This document shows, one piece after another, positions 1 to 9,313 of a stretch of DNA of 64,000 nucleotides. The stretch covers positions 416,001 to 480,000 of the forward strand of contig OY970280.1 of assembly GCA_963715865.1 (NCBI GenBank). Direction: 5' to 3'. The translations under genes were made by a program, and so were the position numbers. This DNA is from Candidatus Bathyarchaeota archaeon. GTDB taxonomy: Archaea > Thermoproteota > Bathyarchaeia > Bathyarchaeales > Bathycorpusculaceae. Position 1 is the first letter of the stretch; each line of letters begins with the position of its first letter. The notes under the pieces are model-generated. The model searched no databases. It had not been told where the DNA came from and worked only from the letters and a program-made list of their open reading frames with translations.

Positions 1-337
1 TAAAAATCCAACCTCCTGGTAATGGTAACAAGAACCACATGATCACGCAGAGGAAGATTATCGTGGGTGCATTCAAGGCTAAGTATTTAACTTTCGCAAA
101 ACGCGCAAAACGCGATGATACAGTCAGCTTGTCGGCAAAAACTGGACGGAACACTTCCTCGTACTCGCTGAATTGAGTTTTTTCCTGGCCTGCAAGTCCG
201 TTAGACAACCAGTGAATCTTTCTTGCGGACGTGATTATGCTGATGGATGCGCTTCTTCTCCCGAGTTTCTTTAGCTTAACCTTCTCAATCGCAGAGACGG
301 GTATGGCGTAGTTGTCTTGGCTGGCGTTCAGGAGCTG
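1..337 (-). other. Open frame running off the left edge, possibly the frameshifted continuation of the 285..860 membrane protein
   Basis: Manual translation gives QLLNASQDNYAIPVSAIEKVKLKKLGRRSASISIITSARKIHW...PGGWIF with no stop to base 1. It overlaps the 3' end of ORF 285..860 in another frame and has no ATG near its start. Confidence 0.35.
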
Positions 338-860
338 TTATTAGTGGTGTTGGGGAGATAAAACTTTTGCCAGCCAAGTAACCAATCAAGCCACCTGCAA
401 GGGGTAATACTATAATGGCAAGAACTAAAAATCCTAAGCTTCCAATGGCTGCGATAATCTGATTAGCAAACAGTAAAGTGACTCCGAAAAAACCGACTGC
501 AAATCCTAACCCAATGCCAAGTACAACATAGTCTATTCTTTTGCGTAAAACCATATCCGCTCGATTAAGCAGCCGCACTATTACAATCAAGATTATTAAG
601 CCGTCCACTATTCCAGTGAGCCCAGTGAGCACTATTCCAGTGAGCCCAGTGAGCACTATTCCAGTGAGACCATAGCCCAGTATGGTACTATCGATGTAAC
701 CAAGTTTTAATATTAATAGTATTGCCCTTGTTGAAAGGAGGTAAGATAGGGCTAAGCTAATCCAAAAGCGCTTATTGAATTTGAATTTTAAACTAGTTTT
801 GTCTTCGCTTTTCATTATTGTCACGGACAATATTAACACCCTCTTAATTATTTTTCTCAC
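285..860 (-). CDS. Hypothetical multi-pass membrane protein with an internal LTGLTGIV repeat
   Basis: 191-aa ORF with several hydrophobic segments; the start may be the ATG at 815. Confidence 0.55.
   Translation of the reverse strand: MRKIIKRVLILSVTIMKSEDKTSLKFKFNKRFWISLALSYLLSTRAILLILKLGYIDSTILGYGLTGIVLTGLTGIVLTGLTGIVDGLIILIVIVRLLNRADMVLRKRIDYVVLGIGLGFAVGFFGVTLLFANQIIAAIGSLGFLVLAIIVLPLAGGLIGYLAGKSFISPTPLITAPERQPRQLRHTRLCD
606..668. repeat. 24-nt tandem repeat, about 2.6 copies (CACTATTCCAGTGAGCCCAGTGAG)
   Basis: Copies at 606-629 and 630-653, partial copy at 654-668; in frame within the ORF. Confidence 0.9.
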
Positions 861-1130
861 TTGTTTTTATGCTTTATGTCGATTTTCATACTTTGAAAGG
901 GTTCCAAAAAAAGGGGGAAAAGATTGTTTTGCTCAAGGAGTTACTTTGACTGAATCTATAAGCAGATTGGCGCTCATTCCGTTGTCGTCTATGGCGACGA
1001 CAGCGATGTACCTAAAAGCGCTTCCATAATACCCGCAGTCAATCCACCCTGCTGAGCTTGGATAAACTGTTTGAACAGCTTATTTGCGGAAATCAAGCAA
1101 GATTATTCTTCTCAAAGCATAAGTTGTATT

Positions 1131-1208
1131 TGGCGGGCCCGACGGGAATTGAACCCGCGGCCTACGGATTAAGAGTCCGCCGCTCTGGCCTGACTGAGCT
1201 ACGGGCCC
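1131..1208 (-). tRNA. tRNA-Lys(CUU), intronless, CCA encoded
   Basis: Reverse complement reads GGGCCCGTAGCTCAG...GCGGA-CTCTTAA-TCCGT...GGTTCAATTCC...CGGGCCC-G-CCA. Confidence 0.95.
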
Positions 1209-1334
1209 GCATAAAGGCTTCTTTTGAAAAAGGTTCCACTGAATAATATAGAGCTTGCGGTTTTGTTGTTGCATCTTGATGCAGTGAAAAACTAATAACA
1301 AAGCAGCCCTTTAATTTTTTATGGAGCAGTTTTT

Positions 1335-1622
1335 ATGGTAAACTCTTTGGGCGAAGTTTTCATTCTAAAAACTACGGATAGAGCAACAGGCGTTCCTGCA
1401 CTGCTCAACAAGTTTGGCTTAGGCGATTATTCTGGGAAGCAGGTGGCTTTGAAGGCTAATTTTAACAGTGCTGACCTGTTTCCAGCATCAACCTACCTTG
1501 ACACCTTAAGAACCATAGTGCAAACCCTAAAAAACGCAGGTGCAAGTAGCATAACTTTGGCTGAACGAAGCGGCATGGGCGACACAGAGCAGGTTCTTAA
1601 AGCGCAGGTTGCTATGCATTAA
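1335..1622 (+). pseudogene. DUF362-family Fe-S protein, N-terminal fragment only
   Basis: KQVALKANFNSAD...T..DTL...AERSGMGDT is the DUF362 N-terminus. The ORF ends after 95 aa, where it collides with the convergent glpQ. Confidence 0.65.
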
Positions 1623-2286
1623 CACGCATGAGTATGTCTGGCTTATCGCTGGCTATGCCGTCCACGCCTTTCGCAGCGTATTCTTCTACTTCTTCTGGTT
1701 TGTTTATGGTCCAAACTATCACTTTTAAACCGTTCTGGTGTGCTTTCTGAACATTAGCCGTATGCGTGAACCTATAGAAAGCAAGAAGATAGTTCGCTTT
1801 CAACTCTAACGCTGCTTTCACTGGATTCTTATGCTTAGCGTAAATCAACCCAATCTCAATGCCCTTATCTAGTTCTCTAACTTTCTTCAACGCATCTTCA
1901 AGAAAAGAAACGATTACAACACTCTTCCCTAATCCTCGCTCGTTCACTTTCGAGAGCACTTGCTCCTCAACGCCCGCTTCCTTCAACTCAATAAACACCT
2001 TCACTTTCTTATCCAAAAAATCAAGCGCTTCCTGCAAAGTCGGAATTTTCTCGCCTCCCGCGGCAGAAAAACCTTTGATTTCTTTAAGCGTAAGCTCACT
2101 TACCAAGCCTTCGCCATTGGTTGTCCGCTTAACATCTGCATCATGAATAACGACAAGTTGGTTGTCTTTGGTCTTTCTAACGTCTAACTCAACCGCATCT
2201 ACGCCGATTTCCATGGCTTTCTTAAAACTCATCAACGTATTCTCAGGAGCATAAGCCCTGGCGCCCCTATGACCAACACGCAACAT
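1612..2286 (-). CDS. glpQ: Glycerophosphodiester phosphodiesterase
   Basis: GHRGA..APENT, ELDVRKTKD..LVVIHD, WTIN and GIASDKP motifs; start placed at ATG 2286. Confidence 0.9.
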   Translation of the reverse strand: MLRVGHRGARAYAPENTLMSFKKAMEIGVDAVELDVRKTKDNQLVVIHDADVKRTTNGEGLVSELTLKEIKGFSAAGGEKIPTLQEALDFLDKKVKVFIELKEAGVEEQVLSKVNERGLGKSVVIVSFLEDALKKVRELDKGIEIGLIYAKHKNPVKAALELKANYLLAFYRFTHTANVQKAHQNGLKVIVWTINKPEEVEEYAAKGVDGIASDKPDILMRVNA

Positions 2287-2415
2287 AATAAACTGTTTCT
2301 TCAACAAAGAATAATACTTTGTGCAAGTTTCCTCTGCTCAAAGCATTCACAGGCACTTAATAGTTATAACTTTGGCATTAGGCTTGACTTTGACTATACT
2401 ACTGTAGAACTGCCA

Positions 2416-2618
2416 GCTGGATTGTTTGAACAAAACTTTTACGCGATCGAACATATGTCACTAGCTTTTTAATCTCCGCCAACCGTTCACTTAGGAAAAC
2501 TGACTTTATCATAAACGCGTCAGAAGCAAGCTCAATAGTCATCACTTTAGCGCTCGGCTTCACTATCACTATACTAGAGTAGGCTATTCAACAGGCTCAA
2601 TAGTTGCGACTATTGCGC
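2416..2618 (+). repeat. Dispersed intergenic repeat family A, copy 1
   Basis: Near-identical to the reverse complement of 32889..33102; contains the hairpin CAATAGT-TGCG-ACTATTG. Confidence 0.9.
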
Positions 2619-2767
2619 CGCGATTAGTTGCAACTAAAAAATCTAGGCTGAATCTTCGATTGTAGTTCTGACAATTTTTAATAGCTACCTAGCTAACATT
2701 ATTTTACGAATCGAATCGAATGCTTATATAGATTCGAGACCCACTCAAACGTTGAGTGCGGTGACCG

Positions 2768-3229
2768 ATGCCTTTTCAAGAAAAAATCGTTCTAAACCCA
2801 ATCGGTTATGTTAAAACTGAAGCGGTTGGCGATGAAGTTAAAGACAAATCCAGAACCTCGCAAATCGTCCTTCGTGATAATTTGGTTGAAGCTTTAGACG
2901 GCATCACGGGTTTTTCGCATTTGTTTGTTCTGTTCTGGCTGAGTCAAATCCAAGATGAGCAACGAATGATTATGAAGGTTCATCCTAGAGGCAGAATGGA
3001 CATGCCTCTGCTTGGAGTTTTCGCTACCAGAACCAACCTTCGCCCAAACCCCATAGGACTAACATTAGTTGAGCTGTTAAAAGTTGAAGGCAACACCTTG
3101 ACTGTCCGCGGTCTTGACGCTTTCGACGGCACACCAATCTTGGATATTAAGCCCTTTGATTCTTGGGACACCGCTAAAAACGCCAGAGTTCCTGATTGGT
3201 GGATTAAGCTGAACGAGAAAAAACCGTAA
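2768..3229 (+). CDS. trmO: tRNA m6t6A37 methyltransferase TrmO (TsaA/YaeB family)
   Basis: GFSHLFVLFWL, GVFATR...RPNPIGLT and LDAFDGTPILDIKPF motifs. Confidence 0.9.
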   Translation: MPFQEKIVLNPIGYVKTEAVGDEVKDKSRTSQIVLRDNLVEALDGITGFSHLFVLFWLSQIQDEQRMIMKVHPRGRMDMPLLGVFATRTNLRPNPIGLTLVELLKVEGNTLTVRGLDAFDGTPILDIKPFDSWDTAKNARVPDWWIKLNEKKP

Positions 3230-3233
3230 AGGC

Positions 3234-3773
3234 TTATAGCAATTCTTGGATGCCGTATTTTGCGTCAAGCACTTCCAAGAGTTCTTTTCTAAGATCTTCA
3301 CCCTTTAAACCACCCGCCCTAATGCCTCCAATTTCGTTGGCAAGAGCTGCATCTTTGCAAGCCTCTTTTAGCCAATTTTCAAAGTCGCCCCTGTAAAGGT
3401 GAAATTCAACTGAGTCTATTCTGACCTGTTTGATAAACTTGTAAAATTCTTCAAGCGTCTGTGCAGTTAAGTTTGTGGGCTGATTAATGTCGTAGTAAAA
3501 GTGGAAACCCATTTCTTTCGGAACTGGCATGAACGCTTTAAGGGATGCTTTTCCTTTTTCAGTTATGCCATATCCGCCGCCGACTCTTTGCAAAAAGCCC
3601 TTTTTTGCTAATTCTTGGATTTGCTGTATTGTTTGGTTTGGGTTTAAATTGACTTTTTGAGCAAACATGTTCAGGTCCATGCGGTTTGTGGCTTCACTTA
3701 TCGTTTTTAAAACTTTAAATTGTTCTTCTTTCAACAACCTTCCCTCAAGTGTTCGGTTACTCAACCATTCCAA
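3234..3773 (-). CDS. Winged-helix protein with a C-terminal DUF5752-like domain
   Basis: N-terminal wHTH (GGYGITEKG); C-terminal FHFY...TLEEF...SVEFHLYRGDFENW. Confidence 0.65.
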   Translation of the reverse strand: MEWLSNRTLEGRLLKEEQFKVLKTISEATNRMDLNMFAQKVNLNPNQTIQQIQELAKKGFLQRVGGGYGITEKGKASLKAFMPVPKEMGFHFYYDINQPTNLTAQTLEEFYKFIKQVRIDSVEFHLYRGDFENWLKEACKDAALANEIGGIRAGGLKGEDLRKELLEVLDAKYGIQELL

Positions 3774-3892
3774 TTAATACTTATCTAGGGAAATTTAAAT
3801 GTCTTAACCACCACTTAGCTAAAGAAAGGCAACCGTCAAGTTAATAGCAAGTTTTTTTATTCCCAAAACTAAACATTACTCGGTGAAAGCCA

Positions 3893-4216
3893 TTGAAGAA
3901 CAGTTACATCATCATATTAGTTACCAGCAAAGATAAGCAGGAAGCAGAAAAAATAACGCAGTCGCTTTTGAAGGAACATTTGATTGCTTGCGCAAACATC
4001 GTTAATCCAGTCACATCATTTTTTCATTGGTCTGGCAAAATCGACAGGGCTGAGGAATGCTTAATCGTTATGAAATCACGCATGGACCTGTTTACTCAAG
4101 TTGCTGAGCGCGTGAAGGGCTTGCATAGTTATGAGATTCCAGAGATTCTTGCGCTTCCGATTGTTGAGGGCTCGAAGGCTTATTTGGATTGGATGAGTAG
4201 TGTGCTCAAGCCTTAA
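3893..4216 (+). CDS. cutA: Divalent-cation tolerance protein CutA
   Basis: LIACANI, FHWSGKI..AEE and LHSYEIPEI motifs. Confidence 0.93.
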   Translation: MKNSYIIILVTSKDKQEAEKITQSLLKEHLIACANIVNPVTSFFHWSGKIDRAEECLIVMKSRMDLFTQVAERVKGLHSYEIPEILALPIVEGSKAYLDWMSSVLKP

Positions 4217-4253
4217 GTACATTTTTGTACCGATAAGCCTTAAATAGTACATT
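4216..4253 (+). promoter_or_regulatory. trp operon promoter: TATA box TTAAATA (4240-4246) flanked by GTAC boxes
   Basis: AGTACATT at 4216-4223 and 4246-4253, TGTAC at 4226-4230; these resemble TrpY TRP boxes (TGTACA). Confidence 0.55.
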
Positions 4254-4289
4254 GGCGTATGCTTCTGAACCATACGGAGAATAAACAAA

Positions 4290-4340
4290 ATGGGGAATCG
4301 CCTTTGGTTCACAAGCATTAACCGAAACCAAACCAGCTAA
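4290..4340 (+). other. 16-aa Trp-containing leader [19 protein letters not shown] overlapping the start of the trpE frame
   Basis: SD-like GGAGA at 4276-4280, ATG at 4290, CTT-TGG at 4302-4307, TAA at 4338-4340. Confidence 0.6.
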
Positions 4341-5706
4341 CCCCCTAAAAATCAAAAAAATCACAATCACACAACAACCCCTCGAAATATTCTCAAAACT
4401 CCAAAAACAATACCAAACAACCTACCTTTTAGAATCCATCGAAGGACCAAAAAAACTCGCACAATACTCATTCATCGGATTCGACCCAAAAATAACCATC
4501 CAAGCTAAAAACAAAAAAGCCCAAATCAAAAACGAGAGAAACGGGGAAATAATTAAAGAGGTAACAAGCGACCCACTGCAACTTATAGAAGAACTGCTTA
4601 AAGGCGACTCTGTTCCCACTCGTAAGTTTCGATTCGTCGGCGGAGCTGTTGGCTATATTTCTTACGATGCCGTTCGTTACTGGGAGAAACTGCCCCTGAA
4701 GTGTCAAGCTGACCTTGACTTCCCTGACTTGGAGATGGGCATATTTGACGACGGCTTAATTTTCAACCACATAAAAAAACAAGCCTTCTACTACTACCGC
4801 AACGAGAACCGCTTGGCTGAAGTTGAAAACCTGCTCAGGCAACCTGTTGATTTTGACGAATTATCTTTCACTCAACCAAAAGTTAACACTAAAAAAGAAC
4901 ACTATGAACAGGCGGTAGAGAAAGCAAAAGAGTACATAACCGCAGGCGACATTTTCCAAGTTGTTCTCTCCAAACGCTACCAGTTCCAAATAAAAGGCAA
5001 CCTAATCCCATTCTACCAGTCGCTGAGAAGCATCAACCCTTCACCCTACATGTACTTCTACAAGTCAGGCGAGCGGCAAATCGTTGGCTCTAGCCCAGAA
5101 ATGCTCGTCCGAGTTGAAAACAGAAAGGTAGAAACCTTCCCAATTGCAGGCACCAAGCCAATTGCTGACAAACCAGGCGAAAACAAAAAGATAGCTAGAG
5201 AATTGCTTGATGACCCTAAAGAGCGGGCTGAACACGTTATGCTCGTTGACTTAGCACGCAACGATATCGGAAGAATTTCTAAGTTTGGAAGCGTTCACGT
5301 GCCCGAATTCATGAAGGTTCACCAGTACAGCCACGTACAACACATCGTCTCACAAGTTGTTGGCGAACTTAAAGAAAACCTTCAAAGCTACGATGCGCTA
5401 AGGGCTGTTTTTCCTGCTGGCACGGTTTCTGGAGCACCAAAAGTACGCGCCATGGAAATCATTGACGAACTGGAACCTGCAAGGCGTGGACCATATGCGG
5501 GTGCTGTAGGCTACTTCTCATACAATGGCAATGCAGACTTTGCCATAACCATCCGCACACTCTTCGCCGATAAGAACCAAGCTTACATCCAAGCTGGCGC
5601 AGGAATCGTGGCTGATTCCGTGCCTGAGCGAGAGTGGTTCGAAACTGACCATAAGGCAAAAGCTCTGATGCAGGCGCTTGAGCAGGCTGGAGGTGCAAAA
5701 CCATGA
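4290..5706 (+). CDS. trpE: Anthranilate synthase component I; needs a +1 shift near codons 2-6 (about 471 aa)
   Basis: The TrpE frame is open from 4285 (after TAA 4282) and contains [22 protein letters not shown] and [16 protein letters not shown]. It has no ATG/GTG/TTG before 4729. The C-terminal part has [22 protein letters not shown] and [10 protein letters not shown]. Confidence 0.9.
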
Positions 5707-6293
5707 AGGTAGTGGTAATTGATAATTATGATTCGTTCGTTTACAACCTTGTCCAGTACATAGGTGAACTTGGCGCAGAAACCATAGTTTACAGAAACAA
5801 CCAAGTTAACCTAAAACAGTTAACCCAGCTTAAACCCGACAGAATCGTGATATCGCCAGGACCAGGCACACCTGAAGATGTCAAGTATTTTGGCGTTTGC
5901 ACATCAATTCTGCAGACTATGAGCCGAACAACGCCAACTTTAGGCGTTTGCCTAGGTCATCAAGGAATAATCAACGCGTTCGGCGGAAAAATCATCCATG
6001 CAAAAAGGCTCATGCATGGAAAGACTTGCACCATAAAACATGACCAAAAAGGCATTTTCACAGGTGTCCGTAATCCTTTCACTGCGACAAGGTATCATTC
6101 GCTTGCTGGAGAACGGTGCTCCATTCCTTCGTGCTTAGAAATTACTGCAGAATGCGTTGATGACGGAGAAATCATGGGCGTTCGCCATGTTGAGTACCCG
6201 ATTGATGGCGTACAATTTCATCCTGAATCAATTCTCTGCGAGGACGGGAAAGTTATAATTAAAAACTTCTTGGATGGCAGACGACGGCAATGA
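5703..6293 (+). CDS. trpG: Anthranilate synthase component II (glutamine amidotransferase)
   Basis: IDNYDSFVYNL, SPGPG, LGVCLGHQ and GVQFHPES motifs. Confidence 0.95.
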   Translation: MKVVVIDNYDSFVYNLVQYIGELGAETIVYRNNQVNLKQLTQLKPDRIVISPGPGTPEDVKYFGVCTSILQTMSRTTPTLGVCLGHQGIINAFGGKIIHAKRLMHGKTCTIKHDQKGIFTGVRNPFTATRYHSLAGERCSIPSCLEITAECVDDGEIMGVRHVEYPIDGVQFHPESILCEDGKVIIKNFLDGRRRQ

Positions 6294-7348
6294 TTAGGGA
6301 AGGCATCCAGAAACTCATCGAAGGCTACAGCCTAACAAGCGATGAATCAGGAGAAATAATGAGGGAAGTTATGTCGGGAAAAGCAACAAACTCGCAAACT
6401 GCCGCTTTTCTAACAGCCTTACGAATGAAGGGTGAAGCGGTTGAGGAACTCATCGCCTTTGCATCCGTTATGAGAGAGCATAGCAGCCAAATACATCCCC
6501 ACGTACATAGCCGCCTAGTCGATACTTGCGGGACAGGCGGAGACAAAATAAAAACCTTCAACGTAAGCACAGCAGCAGCCTTCGTCATTGCCGGAGCCGG
6601 CGTCGCAGTTGCTAAACATGGAAACAGGGCTGTAACCAGCAAAAGTGGAAGCGCCGACGTATTAGAAGAGCTCGGTCTTAACCTACATTTGGAACCTGAA
6701 GCAGTTGAAGGCATCATAGAAAAAGTCGGCATAGGCTTCATGTTTGCCCCAGCTTTTCACCCTGCTATGAAATTTGCCGCTGAGCCAAGACGCGAGATAG
6801 GCATTCGCACAGTATTCAACGTTCTTGGACCATTAACGAATCCAGCATGCGCTAATGCTCAACTGCTCGGCGTTTACGACCCAAAACTGATCAGCCCATT
6901 GGCTTATGCTCTAAAGCGGCTTGGATGCGAAGAAGCAATGGTTGTTCATGGATTAGACGGGCTAGACGAGATATCAACTGTAGGAAAAACAGTAATTGCG
7001 CACCTAAAGAAAGGCGAAGTAACAAAGTTAGAAACTATTCCAAGCGATTTCGGCGTAAAAAAAGCAAGAATAACTGACTTACAAATGTCAACGCCTGAGG
7101 AAAGCGCAGAAATCCTCTTTAAAATTCTAAATGGCAACGTTGCTGATGACCCGAAAGCTGAGCTTGTGCTCGTCAATAGCGCTGCAGGAATCATTGTGGG
7201 TGGGAAAGCAGAAGATTTCAAAGGCGGCATGGAAATAGCAAGAGAATCAATCGAAAGCGGAGCTGCCTACGCTAAGCTTAAGATGTTGGTTAAGGCTTCA
7301 GGCGGAAGCCTCTCAAAACTAGAGGAGTTCGAAGCGCAATATGAGTGA
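6290..7348 (+). CDS. trpD: Anthranilate phosphoribosyltransferase
   Basis: DTCGTGGD, FNVST, KHGNRAVTSKSGSAD and RTVFNVLGPLTNP motifs. Confidence 0.95.
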   Translation: MIREGIQKLIEGYSLTSDESGEIMREVMSGKATNSQTAAFLTALRMKGEAVEELIAFASVMREHSSQIHPHVHSRLVDTCGTGGDKIKTFNVSTAAAFVIAGAGVAVAKHGNRAVTSKSGSADVLEELGLNLHLEPEAVEGIIEKVGIGFMFAPAFHPAMKFAAEPRREIGIRTVFNVLGPLTNPACANAQLLGVYDPKLISPLAYALKRLGCEEAMVVHGLDGLDEISTVGKTVIAHLKKGEVTKLETIPSDFGVKKARITDLQMSTPEESAEILFKILNGNVADDPKAELVLVNSAAGIIVGGKAEDFKGGMEIARESIESGAAYAKLKMLVKASGGSLSKLEEFEAQYE

Positions 7349-8120
7349 CTTTCTGGATATGCTGGCGCATGATGCCAAAGAAACCATTAATAGCGGATAC
7401 TATGAAACGTTAAAAGCTACAGGAAGCATGCGCGTTAGTTTGAGGAAGGCAATTTTAGATAGCCAAGTTAATCCGGTCATAACTGAAATTAAAGCTGCTT
7501 CACCCTCAGCCGGTATAATCAGAAGAAACGTTAAACCAAGCATGATTGCGAAAGCCATGGAAAAAGGCGGAGCAGTTGGCATTTCAGTTCTAACTGAGCC
7601 AAAACACTTCAACGGCTCTCTAGAAGCGTTGGCTCAGGCACGAGAGGCTGTGAAACTTCCCATACTCATGAAAGACATAATCATTATTCCCGAGCAAATA
7701 GAAACTGCCTCACAATTAGGCGCCAATGCAGTCTTGCTAATTGAAGCTCTTTTTGAAAGAGGCTATTGCGAAACCAGCGTCGATAAAATGATAGCTTTTG
7801 CTCACGCAAGGGGCCTTGAGGTTTTGCTGGAAACACACACAGAAGAAGAATTCCAATCGGCTATTGAAACCAACGCTGACCTTGTTGGAATTAACAACCG
7901 AAACATCGCAACCCTAAAAATCGACTTAAGTACAACAAAGCGCATCCTTGAAAAACATAAGAATAATGGCAAAATGGTCATAAGTGAAAGCGGAATAAAC
8001 ACGCCAGCAGACATACGTTTTCTTCGTGAAAGTGGTGCATGCGCTTTCCTTGTCGGATCAGCCATCATGTTAACCGATAACATTGAAGAGAAAGTTAGGG
8101 AGTTTGTGAATGCAAAATGA
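7341..8120 (+). CDS. trpC: Indole-3-glycerol phosphate synthase (monofunctional)
   Basis: [30 protein letters not shown] and SESGI motifs; 259 aa with no TrpF domain. Confidence 0.93.
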   Translation: MSDFLDMLAHDAKETINSGYYETLKATGSMRVSLRKAILDSQVNPVITEIKAASPSAGIIRRNVKPSMIAKAMEKGGAVGISVLTEPKHFNGSLEALAQAREAVKLPILMKDIIIIPEQIETASQLGANAVLLIEALFERGYCETSVDKMIAFAHARGLEVLLETHTEEEFQSAIETNADLVGINNRNIATLKIDLSTTKRILEKHKNNGKMVISESGINTPADIRFLRESGACAFLVGSAIMLTDNIEEKVREFVNAK

Positions 8121-9313
8121 AACTAAGCAATTACCCGATTGATGGAAAATACGGGAAATATGGCGGCCGTTTTGTTCCAGAAGTTCTGATGGCGGCGATT
8201 AAGGAGTTGGAAGAAGCCTACGAGCAAGCTCGAAAAGACCCGAATTTCCAGAAAGAGCTTGATTATTACCTTTCAGAGTTTGTGGGAAGACCAACACCGC
8301 TTTATTACGCTGAGAACTTAACGCAGAAACTAGGCGGCGCCAAAATTTACTTGAAGCGTGAAGACTTGACCCATGGAGGAGCACACAAAATAAACAACAC
8401 AATGGGGCAGGCGTTGTTGGCGAAGCGAATGGGCAAGAAACGTGTAATCGCCGAGACAGGAGCAGGCCAACACGGCGTAGCAACAGCAATAGCATGCGCT
8501 GCCTTAGGCTTGAAAGCTGAGGTTTACATGGGTACAGAAGACTGCGAACGGCAACGGCTTAACGTTTTTAGAATGAAGCTTCTAAACGCACAAGTGCATC
8601 CCGTAGAAACTGGCTCAAAAACCTTGAAGGATTCTATTAACGAAGCGTTTAGGGATTGGGTTACAAACCTTGAGAACACATACTACTTAATCGGCTCAGT
8701 AGTGGGCCCTCACTCCTATCCCATGATTGTTAGGGACTTCCAAAGCGTAATCGGCAAAGAACTCAAAGAACAATTCCAGAAAAAAGAAGGCCGACCGCCA
8801 GATGCACTTGTTGCTTGCGTAGGCGGCGGAAGCAACGCCATGGGCACCTTCTACCCATTCGAAGATGATTATGAAGTGAAGCTTTATGGTGTTGAAGCTG
8901 CAGGTCAAGGCTTAGAAACAGGCAAACACGCAGCCTCACTTGGCGCAGGAGCAGAAGGAGTCTTTCACGGCATGCTAACGTACGTTCTCCAAGACAGTAA
9001 CGGGCAAATACAGAACACAAGCAGCGTTTCAGCAGGCTTAGATTATCCTGGTGTTGGACCAGAACATTCCTTCTTAAAAACGTTCAAGAGAGCACAATAC
9101 ACTTCAGCCACAGATAAGGAAGCGGTGGAGGCTTTTCTCACCTTGTCCAGAGAGGAGGGCATTCTTCCTGCATTGGAATCCTCGCATGCAGTAGCTTACG
9201 CAATGAAGTTAGCCAAGCAGATGAAGAAGACGCAGTCAATCGTTGTCACATTGTCCGGACGAGGAGACAAAGACGTGGAAACCGTAGCAGACTACATAGG
9301 GGCAAAAATATGA
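8117..9313 (+). CDS. trpB: Tryptophan synthase beta chain
   Basis: [33 protein letters not shown] and [13 protein letters not shown] motifs. Confidence 0.97.
   Translation: MKLSNYPIDGKYGKYGGRFVPEVLMAAIKELEEAYEQARKDPNFQKELDYYLSEFVGRPTPLYYAENLTQKLGGAKIYLKREDLTHGGAHKINNTMGQALLAKRMGKKRVIAETGAGQHGVATAIACAALGLKAEVYMGTEDCERQRLNVFRMKLLNAQVHPVETGSKTLKDSINEAFRDWVTNLENTYYLIGSVVGPHSYPMIVRDFQSVIGKELKEQFQKKEGRPPDALVACVGGGSNAMGTFYPFEDDYEVKLYGVEAAGQGLETGKHAASLGAGAEGVFHGMLTYVLQDSNGQIQNTSSVSAGLDYPGVGPEHSFLKTFKRAQYTSATDKEAVEAFLTLSREEGILPALESSHAVAYAMKLAKQMKKTQSIVVTLSGRGDKDVETVADYIGAKI

Noticed and set aside
606-668. Tandem repeat as a CRISPR array
   Set aside because: The units are contiguous with no spacers and are in frame inside a CDS; no cas genes or repeat-spacer arrays are seen anywhere in the window.
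1131-1208. tRNA-Lys as an integration site
   Set aside because: I found no duplicate of its 3' end and no integrase near it within the window; a partner could lie beyond the left edge.
4259-4321. ATG at 4259 as the trpE or leader start
   Set aside because: It is in a third frame, stops at about 4321, has no Trp codon or SD, and lies too close to the TATA box to be on the predicted transcript.
4729-5706. TTG at 4729 as the true trpE start, as in the ORF track
   Set aside because: It would delete about 145 residues of clearly TrpE-homologous sequence, including the LLES Trp-feedback motif.
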